From Lama guanicoe (lineage: Eukaryota), in NCBI GenBank assembly GCA_013239625.1, contig MU056000.1:14409787-14473786 (forward strand): DNA of 64,000 bases. The letters are read 5' to 3'. The notes under the pieces are model-generated. The model was not told the origin of the DNA and did not search any database. It worked only from the letters and a program-made list of their open reading frames with translations. A program made the position numbers and the translations under genes. Below are positions 14,803 to 28,049 of the stretch, in pieces (positions within the stretch are counted from its first letter, which is position 1; each line of letters opens with the position of its first letter).

Positions 14803-15146
14803 CAGTCACCCCTCAGTATCCTTGTCTGAGTGGTTCCAGGATTCCCACAGACATCAAAATTTGAGGATGTACTAGTCCAGTATATAAAATGGCATAGTAT
14901 TTGCATATAACCTACACATATCCTTTGTATACTTTAAATCATCTCTAGGTTACTTAAAATACTTAATACAATGTAAATAGTATACAAATAGTTGTAAATA
15001 CAAGGTAATTGCCATGTAAATATTTGCTAACATGACACAAATTCAAGTTTTGCTTTTGAAACTTTCTGGAATTTAAAAAAAAATATTTTTATCCATGGTT
15101 GGTTAAATCTGCAGATGCAGAACCCACAGATATATAGGGCCAACTG
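14803..15146. mobile_element. MER2 (TcMar-Tigger) MITE
   Basis: Termini cagtcacccctc...gggccaactg, TA on both sides, 344 bp. Confidence 0.85.
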
Positions 15147-16517
15147 TATTACATATTGCTATCTGACCATCTGATTCCTGGGTCAATTCTAACATATATA
15201 CCTATGTTAATAATGAAAACACATATGCTAAACAGGGGTGTATTTATGATCTAGAATTGCATTTTACAACATATTTTGTACATTAAATAAATATAAAATC
15301 TTTTTAAAATTGCTATTGATTCCAAGACCAATGGGAGACTCCCTAAATCAGCTACATAAATAAAAGCAGAGAACTGAGGGTAGATAATCACAATCTCAGA
15401 ACTCAGGATAGATTTCAAAAAATGATTCCTTGTTCATGATAATATATAGAAATGTATTTCTATTATTTCCTTTCTTTCCATTAGTAATGTAACTATCCAA
15501 ATGTAGGTTCTTAAAATGATTGTCCATAACGTTTTAAAATAGTTTCCTTTTCGAGCTGTCTCTCCCAGACAAATATTCCCAGGGTTTGCCTAAAGACACC
15601 TTCCCCTCCTGCCATCAGAGAGAACAATAATAGCAGAATAATAACAGTTCATTTAAAAAAAAGCCAAAACAACAACAAACATCAATAGTCTTGCCCCAAT
15701 ATACCTAGTAGCATTTTTTTCCACAATTTCTACCATATTTGGACCTCAGACTAAAATCAAGTTGACATATTTATCCTTCACAAAGCATGGCAACATCAGT
15801 TGCTCTGTTGTACTTCATTTACAATGTTCTTGTTTTTGAAATGCCCCTCAATGCTCAGCTGAAGCTCTCTTCACTATTACCACCTTTATGCCTCGGCAAG
15901 GTAGCCCTGCCCTGGGTCACATGACTTTAGAGGGACCAGCTCTGACCTAAGCCAGGGCAGTACTTCTCATCATAGACTGACGGGTCCATGAAGGTAAGGA
16001 GATACATTCAATAGCAATCCAAATTATACATCTAGATCATATAGATGCTAACAGGACAATAGAAAGTATAAAGATATATTCAAGGACAACTGAATTTGCT
16101 AGAGAGGATCACTGACCTCTTTGTTTAAACAAAAATGGTAATTACACTTTATGAAAGAAAATTACTGGATAACAAATATTATTACAATGTCTATATAAGC
16201 TCATTTAATCTTCACATCTCTGTGCTATAGCTATGATAATTATCTTCATTGTATAGAAGAAAACAGACACACAAAGGTTCATACAAACTTGCCTAAGCTA
16301 TACATGAATTTTCATCCAGGAAGTGCAGCTTCCTAGCAAAATCTCCTAAGTAATGTGGTCACTAGAAATAAGACTTAACACACTAGTAATGTAGATCACT
16401 GTTTCCTCATTTAGCTGGAGCATAAAGTAGCAGGACAAACGTAAAGAAAAGAAACAAGATCACAGACAGGGAAAGAGCACAAAATACTACATTTTCTAGA
16501 ACTGAGATTTAATTTAC

Positions 16518-16572
16518 CTATGTTGGTTTCCAAGAATCGTGGCAGTCTTTTTTTCAATGGTGTGTTCACCAG
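16518..16572 (-). CDS. Candidate exon E9, 55 nt, LVNTPLKKRLPRFLETNI(D)
   Basis: Tandem acceptor attaagcag|CTG; donor TAG|gtaaat; open, phase 0 to 1. Confidence 0.45.
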
Positions 16573-17959
16573 CTGCTTAATCAGGAGCATGATTTGAGAA
16601 ACAAATGATTTAACTTTCATGCTTATTCATTTAATGGAGGGATTCCAGAGTAACTAGAATTATGCACTTTGCTGACTTCTTTCAGCAGCTTGATTTCCTT
16701 ATAGTCATTTATCCCTGTGTTTGCTTTTTTTAATCTCACAACTAAAATATGCTATACAAAAGTAACTGAAATATCACATAGAAGCTTTCCATGTTTGCCA
16801 AAATAATACTAATAAATCCTAATCCTAATCCTAATACTAATATTTCCCCTAGATTTATTCTAAGTAATTCATCTGGAAAAAAACCAAACTTTTAATCAAA
16901 CTCCTTTGATGGCCATTGAATCAAAGCTATATATTACATAATATTACAAATCTACTGTGATTTCTGGATAAGAAAGTTATAGAATTAACCAAATTTTGTT
17001 TGAATGATAAAAATCATCATTCCAGAGAAGGATTTGATTTCCTCCTTTTCTATTAAGTCTTTATAAAGCCATGCACATTTTCTGTATCTGCTTCTGTTTT
17101 GAAATTGCAGAAGCTCCACTGTCACAGGAGATAAATTGAGGTGTCTTTTAACCAGGCCCTTCTGACTCTCAGATTCTAAAATCTAGTTCTGATCTCGGAC
17201 GTATAACGTTACTCTGGCAGATGCTTGCCTCACTCTTGTTTCTAGACATATAGGTCAAGTATTTAATCATCAAACAACCACAGATATTTAATGGGCTCAC
17301 ATTTTTCATGGTAATAGAAAACCCTAGGGCTATTTTGTAGTAGAGTAGGTTATAATATTCCTAGTTCAAGTAACTGTGATTTGCTATCATATTCAGAATG
17401 TTTGTTTTCTTGCTGGGGAGGAGACCCTTATGTCTGAATGCCCACGTTGTTTTTATATTTTTGGATTCTGAACTTTCTAAACTAAACTCATAACATGAAT
17501 ATGTTAATAGTTTATGAATGTCCACCTCTATGCTTGGATTTTAGCTAAGCAGAATTCTGGATTTATTTTTCCATTTTTTATCTCAAGCTTTTATTTATTA
17601 TAAAATCAACTTGCACTGATAAGCCATCATTAATATTGATTTACTGTTTTTCTGCTACATATATTCTACTCACATGCCTTTTGGTTAAAACTTTGCTGAC
17701 ATAATGAAATCCATTATTTTTAATTAAAGAACATGTAGTGTTTCTCTTTTTACAGACTTGATGAATGCTTCAAATCATGATGTAAAAGCTTGCCAAAATT
17801 TTTCCATTGTCAGATTATTTTTTTCTAATTTGCAAGAGTTTGTTTTGAAATGATTACACAGCATTTACTGAGAAAATGGCAATGTTTTTGAATATTCTGT
17901 TGCGTCACAAACATCCACTCTAATATATAAACATATATATATATATACTCCTTTTGATT

Positions 17960-18385
17960 GTATTCCCTCTTATTTTCCTCCTTGCTCCCTGTCTTCAGCC
18001 TCATAATGTCCTTCTAGCTACTTAAACATGAAAAGTACAGCCTTTGTAAAAAGAAATCCTCTCTATGCTCAGAAGAAATACTTTTCTATTGGAATAGCTC
18101 CTTCCATCACTTTCTTCAGGTCATTGTTCAAAGGCCACCTAATCAGTGAAATAATCCCTGAAAGTACTATAACAATATGCCCAATAATTCACTGTCTGCC
18201 TTTTTACCCTATTTTTCCTTCACAACTTTTATCACCCCTCTGATACATTGTTATTCACATCTAGAGGACAGTCTCCACTGATGGAGAGCAATATTGACTT
18301 TGTTTTGTTCATTGCTGTATTCCCCTGCCTAGGGAAAATGTCTGGAATACAGTAGACTTAATAAATATTTGTTAAGTCAGTAGAT
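17960..18385 (+). mobile_element. L2 3' end
   Basis: tgttttgttcattgctgtattcc...cagtagacttaataaatatttgtt. Confidence 0.75.
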
Positions 18386-19084
18386 ACATAGGTGACCAAA
18401 GTCCTTTTTGTGTCAGGAAAACAGTAGATGAAAGAGATAAGATTACATAATATCAGCAATAGCCTGTCAATATCCCCACTACAGCCAACCCCACCACAAC
18501 ACTCTACCTCAAACACACACACACTGAATACTTGCTGAGCCGGAGAAATTCATAGGTTCACTACAGAAGCTCATAGTTGAGAGCATAAGACGTTGGAGAG
18601 GGTTTGGCATGCTTTTTTCCATAAAGAATGATGAGCAGATAGAAACTTGGAGTTGAGTGCTTGCTTCTCTAGGAGAACTATGAAGGAAATAGGGGTTCAT
18701 TGGAATTACCTGTGATGTCAAAGGCAAAGAATCAGTGGTATAGGAGAGCATGCATCTGGCGTGCAAAGAATGAGTGACATTCCTATGAGCAAAATGGATG
18801 CCTACAGAAGATGGCATGGCCTAAACCACCTTGAAAGAAATTTGCTCAACAGGGCAAGAGTGTCTGTGAAATGGAAATTAGATGTAAAATGAAAAGTTTT
18901 ACACTGGAGTGGAGTGGAGTGGACTTGGACAGACCTAAAAGTAAGTTTTATTGCCATAGAGAAATAATCTAATTGAAAATGAATGCAAGTCTAAAGAGAT
19001 CTATCCATGGTCCTATTTGAGGGAGAGTCAATAAAAGGACAGAATACGTTTGCAGGAAGTGATGGGAGAAAAATAAAGGCATTG

Positions 19085-19617
19085 TATGCAAGGATTTTTT
19101 AACATCCGCAAATGAATCAACATCATACACCACATTAACAAAATGAAGAATAAAAAACATATGATCATCTCAATAGATGAAGAAAAAGCTTTTGATAAAA
19201 TTTACCATCCATTTAAGATAAAAACTCTCCAGAAAGTGGGCATGGAGAGAACATACCTCAACATAATAAAGGCCATATATAACAAAACCACAACTCACAT
19301 CACACTAAAGGTGAAAAGCTGAAAGCATTTCTGCTGAGGTCATAAACAAGACAAGGACGCCCTCTCTTACCACTTTTATTCAACATAATTTTGGAAGTCC
19401 TAGCCACAGCAATCAGGGAAGAAAAAGAAATAAAACAAATCCAAAGTGGAAAAGAAGTAAAACTGTCACTATTTGCAGACGACATGATACTATAAACAGA
19501 AGATCTTAAAGATGTAACCAGAAAACTACTAAAGCTCATCAGTGAATTTGGTAAAGTTGCAGGACACAAAATTAATATACAGAAGTCAGTTGCATTTCTG
19601 TACACTAACAACAAAAC
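19085..19617 (+). mobile_element. L1 ORF2 internal fragment (reverse transcriptase region)
   Basis: Encodes [15 protein letters not shown] and LFADDMIL motifs; no poly(A). Confidence 0.92.
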
Positions 19618-22600
19618 AGTATTATGCAAATGCTATTTTATCGCATTTAAATAATAGCAAAATAATATTTGTTTCTGAAATTTCTCTTTAAAAAGGCAAG
19701 TAGAAATAAAGAAAAAGTGAGATCCACTTATACATACACGCAAACACACTGGCCTTTGGAAAGCAAAGATCTGATCCTTAAAAGAATATTTTTAGATACA
19801 TTCACACAATTAAATGAACTATTTTAAGTGAAAGTGTGTAAAACAGCAATTGGAATTAGCTGTCAGTCATGAATAAGAACCAAATTATATTTGACAATCA
19901 AAGTTTCAGCTGCATAGTTACCTTGAGTGATTACTATAATTAAAAGCAAAAAAACAATATGTTAACTTCACTAATACAGTGTTTGTTCACATGAATCACT
20001 TCTATATTGATATGACTTATGTCAACGATACACCGCGATCAGAACATTTAGTCCTTGATAGAGTTGGTGAAAGACTTTTCAACAGCAAAATAACCATTTT
20101 AAAGAAAATTCTCAGTTTAAAAACAAAAAAAATAAAGCTCTAAAATAACTACTTAAAAATATCAGATCTTTCCTTATTGCTTAAATTAGATTCTCTAGTA
20201 AATGAAGAAATAAATAGCAGACATATAATTATTTATAGCTTCATAACTATAACAAATCATAAGTTGTTATAAAGTGGGAAAATTATTTACTACCATAATC
20301 TAAAATATGCTCAAGCTACTGAATATATCTAAATTACTATGGTAATTTCAGTAGAGAAAGCAGATTTTAGATATGAGTTTTACAAAACAATAGTAATGGA
20401 GTTGGTTAAACAATTTTTCCTTTCAGAATATAGTAAGTACATGCTGAATTATATCTAGCAAGTTTAATTATTAGAAAATGATTTCTGTGAATATGTATCC
20501 CTACCTATATTTTAAATTTTTCATCAGTTATAAAATTTGTTAGTAGATTTTACTTCCACAGATGGAAATGAAAAGCTAGAAACATTACATAATTTAGACT
20601 AAGTTAGGTGTTAGTCCTAAGGCAGTTATTTCAATAAGAAACCAATATAGTGAATCTCTGTATTTTTATTTTTTAAATCAATCATTTAATTTCCATACTC
20701 AATGCAAAGAAAGTTAAATTTTCCAAGCAAATATGCATGTTTATTATTGATACTAAATTAATCTAGAAAATACCTACAAAACATCTAATATGTAAATGTA
20801 CTGTTATGCTTTGGAGAATACAGAATTATTAATTCATTCTGGAATGATTCCCCCATAAACATACAATATTAGCAGAGAGATAAGTTATTCATGTACCAAA
20901 TTAAGAAAACACAGTATAAATAATGCCATATGAAAATATATGATGTCTCAAAACTTAGTTTGTGATTTTTTTTTGTGAATACACAGTATGAAGAGGTAGT
21001 ACAAATATTTCCAATATAGTACAATCATGTTGATTTTATTTTTCCCCTGAAACCTCCTTAGAAGATGTAAATGCCACCATTTCCCCCTGAGATGCTCTGG
21101 TGCCCATTATTTACTATCTTCTAGAATCATTTACATTCTCTCTCTTCTGAATATTCAAATTTCCTCATCACCAACAGTTTGATGGTTCCTCTGGAGCCCG
21201 AGACTCTTCATTTTAAAAAAATAATAATAAACACATAGAAGAAATCTTTTTTTTTTCTCTGCACCCTCTAGCCACCACCAACTATCTCATCTTACATTCT
21301 CAGAGTATTTCACTTTTATATATGTAACTCTAACTCCACATTTACTGTTTTACTGCTCTGGCTCCTGCCCTCAGAACCCAATGAAACTGATCTATATAAA
21401 TTTACTACCTACTTTATCAACCTGGCACTTTAAAACTTGATGTCTCTATATCTTCTCCCACCCTGAGCCACTCCTCTTTAATATTCTCTGATGCATCAAC
21501 TCTTAGCCAATCTCCTGATCACCACACTTTTCATATACACATATAAACACACTCTCTTCATTAATCTCCTCTAAGAGCTTTAAACAATTATTTTCAAATC
21601 ACTGGCTAGACATAAGCAATCATCATGGTCTCACTCTCTCTAATCCTCCTAGTGACCTAATTTTCTTATTGGAAATAATGTCTTTGGCTTCACTATCAAA
21701 ATATGTGTTTTGCTTGGTTTTCCTTCTACCTTTTGGTCATTTCTTGTTGATTTCTTGAATTCATCTTTTAGCTAACCCTGTCTCCTGCTTTCACCATGTC
21801 ACATGTCACACCACCTATCTCCTTCTCTCAGAATATTTCTTTTGGCTAGAAATTTTTGTTTTCAAAATAGAAGTACTGTGTAGCCAATGTGAGCTTAATG
21901 GCTCTGGCTGCTTTCAAAATCCTCTTTTCACAGTAGTGCAATGGACACCAGTCTGTCTCATTAGCTATATCATTACAATCTCCCATGTAAGACAGGTACT
22001 TATGGTAGCTTAAATAAAGTCAATTCATATTTACGCAGGGTTCCAAGCCTAGACTGATAAATTATCTATTAGTTGATTAGCATCTTTCTTTTCCCAAATA
22101 CAGAGGCTAGCCTGCCTGCCAGCCTGCTTGCTTGCTTGCTTTCTTCCTTTCTTCCTGCCTTATGAGAATGTCAATGGGAAAATGGTTGAGAATCAACCTA
22201 GGACATATTAAAAATGCTGTCAAGACCTTGAAGCTCCAATTTTATGTATAATCATATAAAATCACAGTATTGATTAAAAAGATGAGAATATATAGAATCA
22301 CCCATTATTTGCAGAATAGTAAGACAAACAGGTTCTTATGATTGCATCGTGAACTTCACGAAAACTTCATGCAGTCAATTTATTGTTCTGTCTCATTGAA
22401 TATTCTCAATCATCACTAAGCCCCAAAGCCCTAACTAAAGATATGTGCTGATTATGACTAGAACATTGAAAAGATCTGCTTCTCAGGCTCTTCCATTTAA
22501 GACCAGGGGTTATTTCAGCTAGAAGGCAAGAGCAGGAAGGCAAGAGCAGGAAGTTTGCTCCATTTTGATACTTTTCAGTACCATTAAAAAAACCTGTGTG

Positions 22601-25267
22601 TTGGCCACTTAATTTTTGGTCACTAATTTTTTTGGAATTATTCTTTATCATTAAAATAGTTATTTTTCTTTTCAGTAACAATATCTCATTTCCTATCAAT
22701 AATAAACAAAACTTATTTACCAACAGTTACAATTACAGCATTTTCATATTTAATTCAGTAAAAAACTTTGCCTTTACTTATTTTCTCTCCAACCATTTTT
22801 ACTTTGGGCAATATTTACTTTTCTCTCATAGTTTTGTATATTTTCATGTGGCTGTGTTTCTGGACAAGTGGCCCAGTTGGTATAAATTTTGTTTTTTTCT
22901 CACATAGTGTCCCAGATTCTGTTTTGAGAAAAATATTGTAAATTAATAATATGATTATAGTGTTACTTCCATTATTTGTTTTCTGTAGAATCTAGCACAT
23001 TAACGTATATTATTTGCAGTACTTAGCCCCAAATAAGGACACAGTTTGGTTAGTTTCCAGACGCTGCAGTTACTAGCATCTTTTTTTATTTTCTTTAGTA
23101 TATCAGTCATACCTCTAGTATCTTTTAGGAATATGGGATAGAACTGGTGAGTTTTTCTAAATTTATTAGGCACTAAATTTCTTTATGATCCAGGTGGTAT
23201 GATGTTCCATTCATTAGAAATAATACTTTCTATTCACTTCTCTTCTAATAAAAGTATGTGTAAGTTCTTTGTGGATCAATGTGGGACATTGACAGATCAA
23301 CTACTCTAGGAATCAGGGCATCTGAAATGAGGATCTGCACCATCCACTAAGGTGTTGAAGAAGAGAAATAGAATTGATGACTCTGTACCTATCAAATACT
23401 GGTAATTTAAACTATATTCTCAAAATCGAATGCTCCCTATTCTTTTAACACCCAACTCCAAAATGATTTGATATCTCTACTTCAGTGACTAGAGATGCTG
23501 GAATTCCTAATATAGTAATTTATGATTGTCTAAACCATCTAATTGATTACAAACAAAAATAAGCTCTATTTTCCTTTGGTGGCTCATGACTATTATACTA
23601 AGTCCAGTAATCCACTTAGTTATTACTAGATCTCCCTTGGTATGCCCCTATGTTGTATTTATGCCTTCACCGTATATATATATATGGACTATTATTATTG
23701 TTCCATTTGTGAGATCATGTGTTAACCATGTTCTACTTGTTCCTGATCATTGCAAGTATTCTGGGAATTGTTTACCTTATTTTCAATTATACACATTGAC
23801 CTGGAATCTAGCAAAGCAAAGGTTTTCCAAATTCATCTTGTTTCTCTTATTAAATAGAGAAAAATAATTAGTCTTAGCAGCTGAGAGCTTTGTTGAGAAG
23901 TTATCTTGATGTTACAAATGTGATAAAGATGTACCCAGAAAAGGAAAAAGGAAGTGGAAAAAGTATGTTAAAACACTGTCAGTCATGTGAAATGATTGAT
24001 CAATGCACTAAGCAAGAGATCCATAGCACAGGACCCAACAAAGGACCTGGGTTTGTGGTCAAGGTGGGTTCTTGACATTGGTAGACATGTAGTGAGTTGT
24101 ATTCATCCATGGCTACTGCAGTCACTTGCTGAAAGCTCTTTTATGTACAAAATCTCACCTATACGCAAAACTTAAAATCAAAAGTGTATAACAAATGATG
24201 AACTTTACAACTAAATAATGAAAAAAAATCAAAATTGAACTTAAGGGGTATTAATCTCCCCTGGTAGTAACTGAATGATTGAAATTCATTAGGGGCAAAA
24301 AAGTAGGTTCACGTCACCTTAGAAAGCACTTGATAATCCCATCAAATTACGAATTTTGAAATAAGGCCTAGAGACATTATATAATCTGCAAAGATTAAAA
24401 TGCTGCATGATAGCAGAAAGAGTTGCTTTGATTCCAGATAATGCTTATTGAGAATAAATAAAAATATTCTTGTTTATTTATTTCAAATTAAATCAATAAA
24501 CATTTTTCAGTATCATAATTTATTTATGACTGTTATAAAATTAAAATTATAGTCATATCAGTAATTTTTTAAGCCATATCAATAGATTTCTGTTTTTAAA
24601 AATGAAGGAGTGCTAGAATGTAAAGGGTAAAATAATAATGTTATATTTATAACAATAAATATTTAAGCCTTTCTAAAAGTTTATTTTGCCAAACAAAAAC
24701 AGAAGAAGTTTGCTGTCCCTAAGACTTAACAGCAAAACAAACAAAGCAAGTCTACAATGACTAAATTAGAATATACGGAAGGGTCTTCATCTCTCATTTC
24801 TTTTTTTTTTTTCTTTTTAATAAAGAAGGCACTTTTGGTGCCCTTTGCACACAGACCAGGACTAGGAGAAGAAGGCAATTTGAGGATTAAATTTGATGAC
24901 TTTTCTTATTGTCATAAATGATCTATATAGTTCATTACTTTATTAACTTCAATCCTCAGGCAATGGGTTCTTGAATAAAGTTTAAGTTAAACCTACATAT
25001 TTGAAATAAACGTAACTATGTTACAAAAGTATCTATGGTACATTAAAAAAAGGCAACAAATCAGTGTCTAATTAACTTTAAATTACAGTCATTTGGTTTA
25101 GTCAAAATGTCATTAAAGTTATTTTTTGTTAGAATAAAATGAGCACAAAAATTATTTTGATGTTGCCTATGCTTTGAGTAATTTCAACAATTCTGGACCC
25201 ATTGCTGTTTTACCATCAAGAGTCTATTTTTTCCCTTTATAACATTCACCATGCCAAATAGAATGCA

Positions 25268-25492
25268 CAGTTGACTCTTGAACAATGCAGGGGTTAGGGG
25301 CACCGACCCTCCAAACAGTGGAAAATCTGCTTATAACTCTATATTCCCACCCTCTGAATGCATGGTTTCACATCCACAGATTCAACTAACTGTGGATCAT
25401 GTAGTACTGTAACACTGTAGTTATCATGGAAAAAAAATCTGCATATACATGGGCCCGTGGAGTTCAAACCTGTGGTGTTCAAGTGTCAACTG
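25268..25492 (-). mobile_element. Tigger2a-type MITE (~225 bp)
   Basis: Terminal inverted repeats cagttgactcttgaaca / tgttcaagtgtcaactg. Confidence 0.85.
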
Positions 25493-25969
25493 TAACTTGC
25501 TTTAATCTGATTATATAAGCTATATTGAGACAAATACAAAAGCCACATGATATATTTTTCAGAAACATAAAGAATATTTTTAAGAGAAAAAGAGCAAAAT
25601 TAAAGTCTATATTTTGAAATGTTTTACTTTATTTATGAAATAGTTGAAAAGGGCTCTTCAGCTACATAGTTAAAGGATTTACTCTGAGGAAAATAGACTT
25701 TAGGGAATATCAGATTTTTATATTTATAATTTTGACTTTGATAAAAAGTGCTGTATTTTCATTTAAGAAGGGCTTATTTTTACAGGTAATCAAATAAACA
25801 ACCTAATTATTCAACAGAAATAAATATATATTTTGTAAATGACAAGCACAAATAAAACAAATTAAAATCAGAATAATCAACTTGACTTTAAAAATCCTGA
25901 AGCTAATCAACATCTCTATCATCTCTAAGAAACTTAGCACATTTACCCTGAATCATCCTTACTAATGGC

Positions 25970-26341
25970 TGTGTACTGAACTGTGTTCACCGAAAATTCA
26001 TGTGGAGAAGCCCTGACCCCCAAAGTGATACTATTTGAAGACAGAGTCCTTGGGAGGTGGTTAGGGTGAGATTAGGTCATGAAGGGAGAGCCTTCATAGT
26101 GAGATTAGTGCCTTACAGGAAGGGACACAAGAGCATGCTCTCTCTATTTCTTCCTACTTTGGGAGGAATCAGAAAGGAGGCAACCATCTAAAAACCAGGA
26201 AGACAGTCTCTACCAGAAACCAACCACACTAACACCTTGAACTTGGATTTCTAGCCTCCAGAACTACAAGAAAATAAGTTTCTGTTGTTTCAAGCCAATA
26301 AATCCATGGTGTTTTGTTATGAGAACCCAAACTGACAGACA
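25970..26341 (+). mobile_element. MLT1A-type solo LTR
   Basis: tgaactgtgtt...ttggatttctagcctccagaact...aaataagtttctgttgtttcaagcca. Confidence 0.85.
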
Positions 26342-26959
26342 CTAGTCCTTCATATCATTATTATATAATATTTTAGTTCTGTCTAGTTTCCTCAATTGTG
26401 TGTACGTATTTGTATTCTGTTAGACTGTGTGTGTGCGTATATATATACTTATATATATATATATAAATTTACTATATATTAGTGAAATATATTTTTATGT
26501 ATTCAAATTTTACAATCCATCCTCATTCACAAATTTGCTAAATGGATCATTTATCTTGCACTAATTTTGTTCTATTTTAAGCTTTCAATTTTTTTTAGTA
26601 AGTATATCACAGCAAAATTCTGTCTTTGTTTGAAATTTTATTTATTTCTCTTTAAATCTAGGTTAGCAAGGTGAAAATGCTATGCTGACATATATTGCCC
26701 ATTCACACTGTAAATAATCTATTATCTTGTTTTCTCTTTTTTCTGGTGAGAAATTTGTCATTCTTCATACATAAGACCTTTATTTTCTGATTGCTTTTAA
26801 GAATTTATTTTTTGTTTGGTTTTTGGTATAGTTTTACAAAATATATTTAGGAATATTTGTTTTCATTTTTTTTCTTTTCAAGCTTGATTTTTCTTATATA
26901 ATCTTGGTATCATCAAGTTTTTAATTTCTTTTTTTTTCTATTCTGAAAATGACTAGTGG

Positions 26960-27400
26960 TAGATAGATTGGAAAAGTTAATATATTTCTCACTCCCATTT
27001 GAATCCTTAAACTCACAGTGAAATTTTGCAGTGTTTATCAAAACGTGGAGTCGATTTCTCTACCTCTTAAATCTCTCATAGAGTCTCTGGTTCAGGGAAT
27101 GTGGTGGAAGTGATGTCATTCCAGGTATGACCTAGGCTTCAAAAGTCTTTGAACACTTCAGTGTCTGTCTACCTGTCCATCTCTGTCTGTCTGTCTCAAA
27201 TGCATCCACCATGAGAACAAGCCTGTCATCCTTCAAGGGAATAAGAGAAAATATCTAGAAGAAATGAGTCTTAGCTGAGGCAATTCTATACCAGCCAGCC
27301 CCCAGCTAACCCATTGGCTGACCACAGATGCATGAATGAACCTAGCTTAAATGAGGTGATGCAGGCTCAGGTAAGCAGGACCATCCAAGCACTCATTGAT
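26960..27400 (+). mobile_element. Degraded MLT1 LTR
   Basis: gaatgtggtggaagtgatg...ccagccagcccccagct...catgaatgaacctagc. Confidence 0.55.
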
Positions 27401-28049
27401 ATCCATGCTAAATCCTCATCCATTTTCTCTTTGAATAGTTCTTCTGTCACATTCTCTCTAATATCTCCTCCAGCACTCCTATTAATTCCAGTCTATACCT
27501 ATTCACCTGATTCTCCATTTTTCTTAACCATTTTTTTCACACTACCCATCATTTTGTCTCTAAATGATAAATTCTGAGTAATTTCCTTCGTGTTCTTAAT
27601 CATGAGTTCCCATGTCAGCTACGTTTAATAACAAATTTTCCTTAAATGATTCTTTGAACTCAAGATTATTAAAGAACAAAAAAGAAAAAAAAGAAGAAGA
27701 AAAAAATAAACAAAAAAAGTAAGAGAAAATAGTGAACCCAAGACTGGCAAAATCTAAGCCATAGGGTAAAATCAAAGAATTCAGGATGCAAGATCATGAC
27801 TGAATCATCAAATTCTTGAGTGAAATCATGTTCTCTACATATAAATCTCTAGTTACATTATAAACTCAATATAAAATGGGCTTTGAGTTAAACTAGCAAC
27901 CAGAATAGAAATTAACTCTGTCTTCCAACATCTATATTTTATAATATTTATTAAATTTTGACATTATTTTCTCTATACCTCTAATAAATTGAAAACCATT
28001 TTGAAATTTCCAAAAACATCAATTTTTGAATATTTATTTTCTTAAACTG

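Noticed and set aside
22522..22553. 14-bp direct repeat gaaggcaagagcag x2
   Set aside because: Ordinary micro-duplication; two copies, no spacer structure.
24317..24385. Minus-strand exon-like segment
   Set aside because: Weak donor (gtgacg) and a stop in the phase needed to fit the chain.
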